This document shows, piece by piece, positions 1 to 8,080 of a stretch of 64,000 bases of DNA (within the stretch, counting starts at the first letter, position 1; each line of letters begins with the position of its first letter). The notes below the pieces were generated by a model. That model saw only the letters and a list, made by a program, of their open reading frames with translations, was not told the origin of the DNA and ran no database searches. Location of the stretch: IMG/VR virus record IMGVR_UViG_3300032007_000001. One strand, written 5' to 3'. Both the position numbers and the translations under genes were made by a program. The stretch is from a virus. Taxonomy: Duplodnaviria > Caudoviricetes.

Positions 1-2
1 TA

Positions 3-65
3 TCAAGTTTTCGTCCAGTATTTAATTATGTTGATAATAGAAAAAGTAATAATATTTATAGGTGA
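3..65 (+). CDS. 3' end of a C-type-lectin-like paralog (truncated by window edge)
   Basis: Frame reads SSFRPVFNYVDNRKSNNIYR*, the same C-terminal motif as the three downstream paralogs. Confidence 0.8.
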   Translation, partial: SSFRPVFNYVDNRKSNNIYR

Positions 66-71
66 TGTAAA

Positions 72-649
72 TTGAGTATAGAAAATGATTTGTTGGACGC
101 AATATCATCAAAAGGTTACAATATTGAAAATGAAAATGTTAGAAATGCATTATATAAAATCTTAAGTAAAAAAAAAGATAATTACACTGGAGATTTAATA
201 TCCTGCAGAGTATTATCGCCAAATGAATGGAATAAATATATAATAAAAGATACATTGGACGGTTCCATAACAGCAAATAATAATAGTGTGTGGAAAAAAA
301 TAACACCAACAAATACAAACAATTCATTTGGTGGTGGTGGCTGTCCAACTTATTATTCTTATTTTTATTTAGAGTTATCTCAAAATAATAATTCTGGTAA
401 TTCAACATGTTTGCATGAACCAACTAATTGTTCAAATTCGATTTATGTTATGGGACGTTTGAATAATCAAGATAATTTTACAATTGGAAATACAAATATC
501 AGTAAAAAAGAAGTATATATCTTTTGAGAGATTCATATGTTCGTTCAAACAATTCAACCGGTATAAGAACTTATGTATATGGATATATAAATTTTAGACC
601 AGTTTTTCAATATAAAGACAATAATAAATCTCGAACGATTTTCAATTAA
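72..649 (+). pseudogene. Frameshifted C-type-lectin-like paralog (72..527 plus -1 frame 506..649)
   Basis: N-part has CRVLSPNEWNKYI..TLDGSI..VW; the family C-terminus NFRPVFQYKDNNKSRTIFN* lies in the -1 frame, which is closed upstream by TAA at 503-505; A6 run at 504-509. Confidence 0.75.
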
Positions 650-663
650 TTTGGTGAAAATAT

Positions 664-1392
664 ATGAGTGAATTTAAGCAAAAATTTATAGATTTTTTAT
701 CAGAAAATAATTTTAATATAAACGAAATTAAAAACGAATTGTTATCATTATTTAATGAAAACATAGAAGATAGTCCAACAAGAAATTTATTTTCTTGTAG
801 AATTTTATCTATAGATGAATACGATAAATATATATTAAATAGTACATTAAATGGGTCCATCAATAAATATGATAGCAACGTTTGGAATGATTTCTTAAAA
901 ACAAATGTAAATGGTTTTGTTTGTTGTCATAGGCCAATTGGTGAATCAATTAGTACATGGAATTCTGGGATAAAACAAAATAAATTTGTTTGTTATTCAA
1001 ATACAAATATAAAAAAATTACCCGAATATACAAATTTTAATAATTATGAAGTTAGAGGTTGTTCGCCAAACGTAAAAGATAATGTATATGTATATACAAA
1101 TTTATCACAGGATGACTCAAATAATAAATGCAAATATGCAACGCAACGTAAAACATATGAATCATTCCAATCTGATTGGGTTGATTTTGAAAAATGGTCT
1201 TATATGATTATAGAAATATCATCAAAAGAATTGATAGATAAACAACAAACTAAAAAAACAACGGTTGTCGTTAATGCACCAATAGTTTGTAGTAATGGTG
1301 CAACTCATACATTAACATGTAATAATTATTTATGTTTTAGACCGGTTTTTAATTATGTTGATAATAACAAGAGCGAAAATATAATTTTTTGA
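664..1392 (+). CDS. C-type-lectin-like (CLec/FGE-like fold) putative receptor-binding protein
   Basis: CRILSIDEYDKYILNSTLNGSI..VWN and terminal CFRPVFNYVDNNK; GGTGA RBS. Confidence 0.6.
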   Translation: MSEFKQKFIDFLSENNFNINEIKNELLSLFNENIEDSPTRNLFSCRILSIDEYDKYILNSTLNGSINKYDSNVWNDFLKTNVNGFVCCHRPIGESISTWNSGIKQNKFVCYSNTNIKKLPEYTNFNNYEVRGCSPNVKDNVYVYTNLSQDDSNNKCKYATQRKTYESFQSDWVDFEKWSYMIIEISSKELIDKQQTKKTTVVVNAPIVCSNGATHTLTCNNYLCFRPVFNYVDNNKSENIIF

Positions 1393-1404
1393 TTTGGTGA
1401 TATC

Positions 1405-2094
1405 ATGTCTCACATTATTTCAGATTTATTATATAATCAACTTATAAATTCCAATACATTGGAAGAACTTCTAACATCTAGAGATTTAATAAGAAATTCT
1501 CAAAATACACAAGGAGATGTTTCTAATGAGAACTTTGTTCTCATTAGAATTTTATCAAAAAACGAATATGATAAATATATTAAAAATGGAAATTTGAATG
1601 GGTCTGTAACAGAAAACAATATGAATACTTGGAATTATTCTCGATATAATGGTTATTTAATGTTATTTGGAGTTTATGGTGGTTACAATATAGACACATA
1701 CGATACATTTCAAAGCAGAGATAAAAACTTAAAAGCACCAAAAAATAGAGTATCTTGTTATCATAAAGGTGCTTGGCACGATGCTGCAAATTGGATAATG
1801 CAAACATATTTTATATTTGAAATTTTATCGAACAACAATGAAAATAAAAATACAGGCATATTCAATAATGATGTATTATTGGAAATTTATATAAATACAA
1901 GTGAAACAATATATAAGAATTATTCTGTTCCTAAAAATGTTACATTTAATAAAAGCGAAATAAATCATTTGGATTCTTTTTCAGCCTCACCAGTTAGTTA
2001 TGTAACTGGAACAATTAAATTAAATTGTTATTCATCATTTAGACCAGTTTTTAATTATAAGGATAATAACAAAAATAATTATATTTTCAATTAA
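1405..2094 (+). CDS. C-type-lectin-like putative receptor-binding protein
   Basis: IRILSKNEYDKYIKNGNLNGSV..TWN and terminal SFRPVFNYKDNNK; GGTGA RBS. Confidence 0.6.
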   Translation: MSHIISDLLYNQLINSNTLEELLTSRDLIRNSQNTQGDVSNENFVLIRILSKNEYDKYIKNGNLNGSVTENNMNTWNYSRYNGYLMLFGVYGGYNIDTYDTFQSRDKNLKAPKNRVSCYHKGAWHDAANWIMQTYFIFEILSNNNENKNTGIFNNDVLLEIYINTSETIYKNYSVPKNVTFNKSEINHLDSFSASPVSYVTGTIKLNCYSSFRPVFNYKDNNKNNYIFN

Positions 2095-2122
2095 ATGGGT
2101 AAAAATATATCCAATAAATAAA

Positions 2123-2142
2123 AAGAGAGCATTAAGCTCTCT
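2123..2142. terminator. Hairpin terminator, copy 1 of an identical 20-mer
   Basis: AAGAGAGC-ATTAA-GCTCTCT flanked by A/T runs, between convergent genes. Confidence 0.85.
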
Positions 2143-2146
2143 TTAT

Positions 2147-2422
2147 TTATTCCATTTCATATCTCATTTGTTGTTGTTCTTTTGCTTTTTCTATGATTGT
2201 TATTTTTATGATTTGTTTAAGTTCTTCAATTGTTGTATTGCTATCTACTTTTTCTTTTACAGCATCACATAATGCTTCAAACACTCTATCATCATTCAAA
2301 CAATCATGTACATAAAAATAAATGTAATTTTCTTCACAATTGTTTATTATGAAATTTAGTACTTCATCGCAATTGTATGTTATATCTTTTTGCGTTATCG
2401 CTAATCTTCTTAATCTTTTCAT
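2147..2422 (-). CDS. Small hypothetical protein with MKRL N-terminus
   Basis: ORF 2147..2431; RBS GGAGTG places the start at ATG 2422 (MKRLRRLA). Confidence 0.75.
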   Translation of the reverse strand: MKRLRRLAITQKDITYNCDEVLNFIINNCEENYIYFYVHDCLNDDRVFEALCDAVKEKVDSNTTIEELKQIIKITIIEKAKEQQQMRYEME

Positions 2423-2481
2423 TATATTCACTCCAATTACTTATTCTAAATCAAAATATATATATCATTAAGAAAAAAAAT

Positions 2482-2501
2482 AAGAGAGCATTAAGCTCTC
2501 T
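2482..2501 (-). terminator. Hairpin terminator, copy 2
   Basis: Identical AAGAGAGCATTAAGCTCTCT, overlapping the last codons of 2491..3057. Confidence 0.85.
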
Positions 2502-3048
2502 CAATTTTTTCTTCTTTTAACATTTTCAATATAAATTTATCAGGTGGAGTTCCATTTTCTACATTTATTAAATCCAATGACAATCCATTTATCATTACTT
2601 TTGTTTCATCGTATAGATTTGCAAATTTATCTTCAGATATTTCAGCTATTGGTTTCCCAATATATGTAATTTCTATATCATTTTCTGTAAGCTTTTCAGT
2701 CTGTTTATCTTTCGCTTTTTCTTTTATTTTCCACTCAAATTTTTTAGCTAATGCTATTGTAAGTACTTCTCCAGAATGTTTTATATTCTTAAATTGATAA
2801 ACTTCTACTACATAAAATTCTATGTTTTCTCCTTGTCCATAACAACCATAATTAGCATAACTTGGAGGAGTAGAAGATGCTTCATCAATTACATGTACAT
2901 ATTCTTTCGTTATCAATTTCTTTACTATTTCTTTGTTTTCTCTTAATGCATCTGTTACTTCTTGATGAGTGATAGCTTCGCCAGTTTGTATTGATGGTTC
3001 TCCAAATACCATTTTATACATTTCTTCTTTTGATATTAAACGTTTCAC
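2491..3048 (-). CDS. Hypothetical protein, paralog of 23464..23874
   Basis: RBS GAGGTG then GTG at 3048 (MKRLISK); shares PSxQTG..EV, VVE(V/F)(Y/F)QF, KAKD and VxING with the 23.5 kb gene. Confidence 0.8.
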   Translation of the reverse strand: MKRLISKEEMYKMVFGEPSIQTGEAITHQEVTDALRENKEIVKKLITKEYVHVIDEASSTPPSYANYGCYGQGENIEFYVVEVYQFKNIKHSGEVLTIALAKKFEWKIKEKAKDKQTEKLTENDIEITYIGKPIAEISEDKFANLYDETKVMINGLSLDLINVENGTPPDKFILKMLKEEKIERA

Positions 3049-3068
3049 ATCTATCACCTCTTTTTTGT

Positions 3069-3097
3069 ATTATAACATATTTGATAAACAATGTAAA
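3069..3097 (-). promoter_or_regulatory. Sigma70/SigA-like early promoter
   Basis: TTTACA-N17-TATAAT with TG extension. Confidence 0.75.
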
Positions 3098-3101
3098 TAA
3101 A

Positions 3102-3121
3102 AAGAGAGCATTAAGCTCTCT
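3102..3121 (-). terminator. Hairpin terminator, copy 3
   Basis: Identical 20-mer just after the M48 peptidase stop. Confidence 0.85.
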
Positions 3122-3126
3122 CTTTT

Positions 3127-4443
3127 TTATTCTTCTACTTTTTTATATTTGTATTTTGCTCTATTATTTTCATATTGTTCAATGATACCACGCGTATATG
3201 CTAAATTAGCCAATTCAGATTCAGTTTTAATAAATTCATTATATTTATTACCAAGTACATTAAACGGTGTTTCTACCCAATATTTTGCATCTTTCAAAGA
3301 CACATTATAATATGTATCTATTATTTTTGTATGGTCTTTAAAATCATTTCCATGACCATCAAGTATCAATACTACATTGTTAGGATTCCCATCTGTGAAG
3401 ACTTGATCTTCTCTCATAAGTTTAATGTATCTTGTTTTGCATATATCGAAATGAATTGCTGTGGCAATTTGCCCAACAACAAAGAAATTTCTTTCTACTG
3501 CATCAAATTGCCGTTTTGCATCTGTATAAAGGAATGCAGCGCCACATTTTGTATTGCCATTGAATAAAACACCAAAATCATTGTCATACTTAACAAATCC
3601 CAATGACAATTCTTCTATTTTTCTAATAGCTCTTTCTAACCGTTTGGCTGTTTTACTATGTGGATGAAGCCAATTTGTTACTCTATCTTCAATACCACGC
3701 ATTATTTTGTAATTATATGCTCTATATTCTACCATTGCTTCCCCGCCAACACTATATTCAGGCACATACATGGCGTATTCCATAGCTTTCTCATCTGCCT
3801 GTTGTTCTGTCTCAAATCCCATTTGACGACTATTAAAAGCATTGATAAGACTTGAACCAGCAGACAATCCAAGCAAAGCCCATACATTTCCAGCTGGAAT
3901 CATCGATATGATAAGCCTCGTATCCATCTGCCTATCATACTGCCTTAACATATCTTCGTTCTCCCAATGGCCAATTTCATGGCCAATAACAGCCGCCATT
4001 GCTGACATTTGATATATGTTTGATTTTTTCCAAGGCGTTTGTTCATTTTTATTATAAGAAAATGCACCACTTGTCATAGTAGCTAAATGGTCAAACATAC
4101 CTTCATATACGTATATTTGCCCACCACCATAACTTATAGCATTGGCAGAATCATTTTTTGCCATAAGTATGGGTTCTAGTCCGCGCTTTTTCCCTGGCGT
4201 GCCGTACATCCAGAGTTTGTCAGAGTTGAAGAGCATAATCCGCTTCTGGATGTGTTCGAGCACCCAATTGTGCTCGACAGGGTATTCTTTTGCAAAATCT
4301 TGGGCAGCTTGTGTGCCTATCTCTTTTTCTTGTTTTGACGATAACCAATGAGCTTCAGAAACAAATGGTACTGTAAGAGTTGCTGCAGTAGCAATTACCA
4401 CGGTTAAATTTTTAATTGCATTTTTGATTTTCAATGATATCAT
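3127..4443 (-). CDS. Secreted M48-family zinc metallopeptidase
   Basis: Signal peptide ending SEA; NAISYGGGQIYVYEG, AAVIGHEIGH (HExxH), EQQAD, HPHSKTAKR. Confidence 0.85.
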   Translation of the reverse strand: MISLKIKNAIKNLTVVIATAATLTVPFVSEAHWLSSKQEKEIGTQAAQDFAKEYPVEHNWVLEHIQKRIMLFNSDKLWMYGTPGKKRGLEPILMAKNDSANAISYGGGQIYVYEGMFDHLATMTSGAFSYNKNEQTPWKKSNIYQMSAMAAVIGHEIGHWENEDMLRQYDRQMDTRLIISMIPAGNVWALLGLSAGSSLINAFNSRQMGFETEQQADEKAMEYAMYVPEYSVGGEAMVEYRAYNYKIMRGIEDRVTNWLHPHSKTAKRLERAIRKIEELSLGFVKYDNDFGVLFNGNTKCGAAFLYTDAKRQFDAVERNFFVVGQIATAIHFDICKTRYIKLMREDQVFTDGNPNNVVLILDGHGNDFKDHTKIIDTYYNVSLKDAKYWVETPFNVLGNKYNEFIKTESELANLAYTRGIIEQYENNRAKYKYKKVEE

Positions 4444-4460
4444 TTCCTTTCATAGATAAA

Positions 4461-4778
4461 TTATAATTGTTTTTCGCATGCATGATTAGGTTTAACAAAA
4501 TAGAATTTACCATCTTTAAATACTTCTTTTACAACTTCTTTGTAAGATACAATTTGGTCACTATCATAAAAGGATGACCTATTATCTTTGTCTTCCCAAT
4601 AATAAAATTGTACAGAACCAAATCCAATTACTTTTTGAACAAGTTCTTCGGCTTCTTTTTCAGTTTTTGCTCCAACTCTATATCTTCCAGCTGTATTTCT
4701 TTGTCTACTTGGTCTTCTATAATTATCAACTAAGACTATAGCTTGTCTAATTTCTTTCATTAACTTTTTCATCTCCAA
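4461..4778 (-). CDS. Hypothetical protein
   Basis: 105 aa ORF in gene-dense context. Confidence 0.65.
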   Translation of the reverse strand: MEMKKLMKEIRQAIVLVDNYRRPSRQRNTAGRYRVGAKTEKEAEELVQKVIGFGSVQFYYWEDKDNRSSFYDSDQIVSYKEVVKEVFKDGKFYFVKPNHACEKQL

Positions 4779-4817
4779 AAAATAAAAGAGGAATAATTTC
4801 CTCTTTTATTCTATACA

Positions 4818-6749
4818 TTATAAACTGTCTATGTTAGCACTAAAAGCATTTTCTTCTATAAATTCTTTTCTCAATGAAGCGTCTTTTCCCATAAGTATTT
4901 CGAACATTTTTGCAGCTTCTTCGGCATCTTCTATAGTTATTCTTTTTAACGTTCTTGTTTTTGGGTCTAGAGTTGTTTCTTTGATTTCTGTATGGTTCAT
5001 CTCGCCCAAACCCTTAAAACGGTATAAAATATCATTGTCGTTTGGATGCAGTTTTCTATATTTTTCCAATTCATTATCATCTGCTATATAAACAGATGTT
5101 GTATCTTTTTTTACTATTCTATATAATGGTGGCAAAGCTGCATATACATGTCCTTTCCTAACCAATTCTGGCATATAATAGTAAAATAATGTCAATAACA
5201 ATGAACGTATATGAGAACCATCAACATCAGAGTCTGTTAATATTATTATTTTATCATATCTTATATTATTGACATCGAATTTATCTCCAATTCCTCCACC
5301 AATAGCTGCTACTATACCTTTAATAATTTCAGAATTTAATATCTTCCCAATATCAGCTTTTGATACATTTAATATTTTACCACGAAGTGGCAATACGGCT
5401 TGGAATTCTTTATATCTTCCTTGTTTCGTTGTACCAGCAGCTGAATCACCTTCTACTATAAGTAATTCACTTTGTCCTTCGTGGTTAGCACAATCTGCCA
5501 ATTTCCCAGGAAGAGCCATGGAAGTAAGTTGTTTTGCTTTTCTTGAATTTAGTCTCGCTTGTCTTGCTGCAAGTTCTGCTGTTTTTGTTTTGCTTGCTCT
5601 TTCAGCTATTAAGTCAAGTATCTTGGATTGTTTACGGTTTTTGGCTATTGCTTCCAATCCTTTTTTAAGCACACTTTCAACCGCATCTTTCGCAATAGCA
5701 TTGCCAAGTTTTGTTTTTGTTTGTCCTTCAAATTCAGCATTGGTCATTTTGATAGAGATAGTAGCATATAGGCCATCTTCAAAATAACGCATTTCAATAG
5801 GTTCTTTGATTAACTTCTTATTAATAGCATATTCATTCAAGTAATCTTTTAATGCATTCCTAAATCCTTGGACATGCATACCACCTTCATAGGTATTGAT
5901 ACTATTGACGAAAGATTTGATTTTATTGTTTGGTTCAACCTCATTATCATGAATAAAAGAAATTTCTACTAAAATCTTACTCCCGTCTATATTGTCATAC
6001 TTATCGTTGATAAGAATTGGTTCATCATATAAACGTTTTTTCTTTTCAATTAATTGTAACGTATATCCATTAATGCCGTCTTTATAATAAAAAGATTTAT
6101 TAACTTTTCTTTTTTCGTTAATATAATTGATAGTCAATCCAGAATTTAGTGAAGCTAATTCTACTAAACGACCTTCTAATCTATTTGAAGGTTCAAGAGA
6201 AGCTTTATAGATTTGTTTATCTGGGTGATATTTAATGGTTGTACCAGTTTCATCAGTATCTCCAATAACTTCTACTTCAGAAGTTGGAACGCCATAAGCA
6301 AATTCTTGTTTATAAATATGTCCATCTCTTTTTACAATGGCACAAAAATAATCACTGCAAGCATTGGTGCAGCACGAGCCAACGCCGTGAAGGCCCGCGC
6401 TTACCGAATATCCGCTATTTTTATCATGACTATATTTACCACCAGAATGAAGTGTTGTAAGAATACCTGTAAGAGTATCAATAGGCTTACCATCTTTATC
6501 TTTGAAAATTTCTGATGGACCAACGGGAATTCCTCTACCTCTATCAATTACTTCTACTGTAAAATCCTTATATATATGAACATCTATAACATTACCATAA
6601 CCGGCCATAAATTCGTCAATTGAATTATCCAATATTTCATAGACAAGTTGTTCTGTGGAATTTAATTGTCCTAAATACATGGCTGGCATTTGACGTATTG
6701 CATCAACATTTTGAAGAGATTTTATTTGATTAACACCATATTCGCTCAA
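4818..6749 (-). CDS. gyrB: Type IIA topoisomerase / DNA gyrase subunit B
   Basis: EILDNSIDE, DRGRGIP, GLHGVG, EGQTK, EGDSA, PLRGKILN, DSDVDGSHI, RFKGLGEM; AAGGTG RBS with TTG start. Confidence 0.95.
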   Translation of the reverse strand: MSEYGVNQIKSLQNVDAIRQMPAMYLGQLNSTEQLVYEILDNSIDEFMAGYGNVIDVHIYKDFTVEVIDRGRGIPVGPSEIFKDKDGKPIDTLTGILTTLHSGGKYSHDKNSGYSVSAGLHGVGSCCTNACSDYFCAIVKRDGHIYKQEFAYGVPTSEVEVIGDTDETGTTIKYHPDKQIYKASLEPSNRLEGRLVELASLNSGLTINYINEKRKVNKSFYYKDGINGYTLQLIEKKKRLYDEPILINDKYDNIDGSKILVEISFIHDNEVEPNNKIKSFVNSINTYEGGMHVQGFRNALKDYLNEYAINKKLIKEPIEMRYFEDGLYATISIKMTNAEFEGQTKTKLGNAIAKDAVESVLKKGLEAIAKNRKQSKILDLIAERASKTKTAELAARQARLNSRKAKQLTSMALPGKLADCANHEGQSELLIVEGDSAAGTTKQGRYKEFQAVLPLRGKILNVSKADIGKILNSEIIKGIVAAIGGGIGDKFDVNNIRYDKIIILTDSDVDGSHIRSLLLTLFYYYMPELVRKGHVYAALPPLYRIVKKDTTSVYIADDNELEKYRKLHPNDNDILYRFKGLGEMNHTEIKETTLDPKTRTLKRITIEDAEEAAKMFEILMGKDASLRKEFIEENAFSANIDSL

Positions 6750-6855
6750 ATTTTACACCTTCTGTTTTTAAGTTGAATTATTCTATTCTTAAAATTTGTT
6801 TAATAAAAAATTTATTGCTAACAATATCTTAGTAAAAAAATGTGCTTAAATTATT

Positions 6856-7974
6856 TTAATTATGCACAATTATGAAATTTGACTGATTTAGTGCAACGCA
6901 AAGGTTGTTTGCCTTGCATAATTTTATATAATACATTGCTTTCTTTTCTGTATTTTTCATCAATTGAGTAGATACTACTTTGTGATTATAATTTTTTACA
7001 TATTCTAAGAATTTATTAAAATCTTTGAAATACTTTTCTATTTTTGAAAATGGTTGAGCATTGCTATGCAAAAATCTTTTCTTTTCTTCATAATTTTCTT
7101 CAGTGATTTGTTTTCCTTCATCTAATAAAAGTCTTCCTATTTTTGCTATAGCATTTCTTTTTGATGTTTTTCTGTCTTCAATAGAACGTGTTAACATTTT
7201 ATAGTCGCTATTTGACAATTTATTTTCATATTCATAACTAAGATTCAAAAACTCATCAAAAGATTCAAAGTATTTATTGACAAGATTCATATTAATTGGG
7301 AATCTAAGAAATCCATTAATTCTATTTGACTCTAACAAATCTTGGTCTAAAATCAAATATTTTCTTATTAAACATGCAGCAGAACGTAATACATATTCTC
7401 GTTTTTGGTCATTTAAGATATTCTTATCTCTATCTGCATTGTAGCGTATCGTTTTTTCTCTATCATGATAAGCTTTATGTTTATTAGAATCTAACCAAAT
7501 TAAATTAGTTGGATTATTATTTTTATGATTTTCGTCAATGTGATGTACATCAAATCCGCCTATATCAATTTTGGGTTCCATATAATTCATAACCATATGA
7601 TGAGTAAATTTCCATTCATTATTATTAATGTCATAAAACATTTCTCTATCGTAGTTATAGTCTTCTTGATTAATTTGAAAATTCATTGGAAATATACTAT
7701 CAGCTTTTTTTAATAAATTTGCAGAAACGTATCTATTGTCTTTTGTATAAAAAAGATGAAGTGGGTCTGTTTCTATATAATTGCCTGTGTCTAATGTAAT
7801 AATGAAAGTATCATAAATATAAGATTTATTAATTGATGATACTTTATCTGGAAAAACGTTGTTATTTTCATCAATTGAATAGACAAAATAATCTTCTTTT
7901 TTGTTATTGAACATTTCTTCTATAGATTTTATTGTTCCATCTAAAAGTTTTATTAAAGTATTTCCACTCAGCAT
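6856..7974 (-). CDS. Free-standing intein-like protein with HNH homing endonuclease (no exteins)
   Basis: Block A-like MLSGNTLIKLLDG, block B-like GNYIETDPLHLF, HNH DVHHIDENHKNNNPTNL, YNHKVVS, ends IIVHN-stop; RBS GAGGGTG before ATG 7974. Confidence 0.8.
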   Translation of the reverse strand: MLSGNTLIKLLDGTIKSIEEMFNNKKEDYFVYSIDENNNVFPDKVSSINKSYIYDTFIITLDTGNYIETDPLHLFYTKDNRYVSANLLKKADSIFPMNFQINQEDYNYDREMFYDINNNEWKFTHHMVMNYMEPKIDIGGFDVHHIDENHKNNNPTNLIWLDSNKHKAYHDREKTIRYNADRDKNILNDQKREYVLRSAACLIRKYLILDQDLLESNRINGFLRFPINMNLVNKYFESFDEFLNLSYEYENKLSNSDYKMLTRSIEDRKTSKRNAIAKIGRLLLDEGKQITEENYEEKKRFLHSNAQPFSKIEKYFKDFNKFLEYVKNYNHKVVSTQLMKNTEKKAMYYIKLCKANNLCVALNQSNFIIVHN

Positions 7975-8080
7975 ATCTCTCACCCTCTCAGAAGCTGCTT
8001 GTGCACATTATATATACGTTGTTATAGATTTATTTTAAGCATAAAAAAAGAACTGGATAATCCAGTCCTTTTTATTTATT

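Noticed and set aside
525-566. TGA read-through or alternative genetic code
   Set aside because: Read-through hits TAA after 12 codons without the FRPVF motif; TAA, TAG and TGA all act as normal stops elsewhere
3-2094. Complete diversity-generating retroelement
   Set aside because: No reverse transcriptase and no near-identical TR/VR pair differing at adenines within the window; the paralogs are too divergent
6750-6855. Extein remnants or in-frame fusion of the intein-like ORF to gyrB
   Set aside because: A stop follows VHN, the spacer looks non-coding, and gyrB has its own RBS and complete N-terminus
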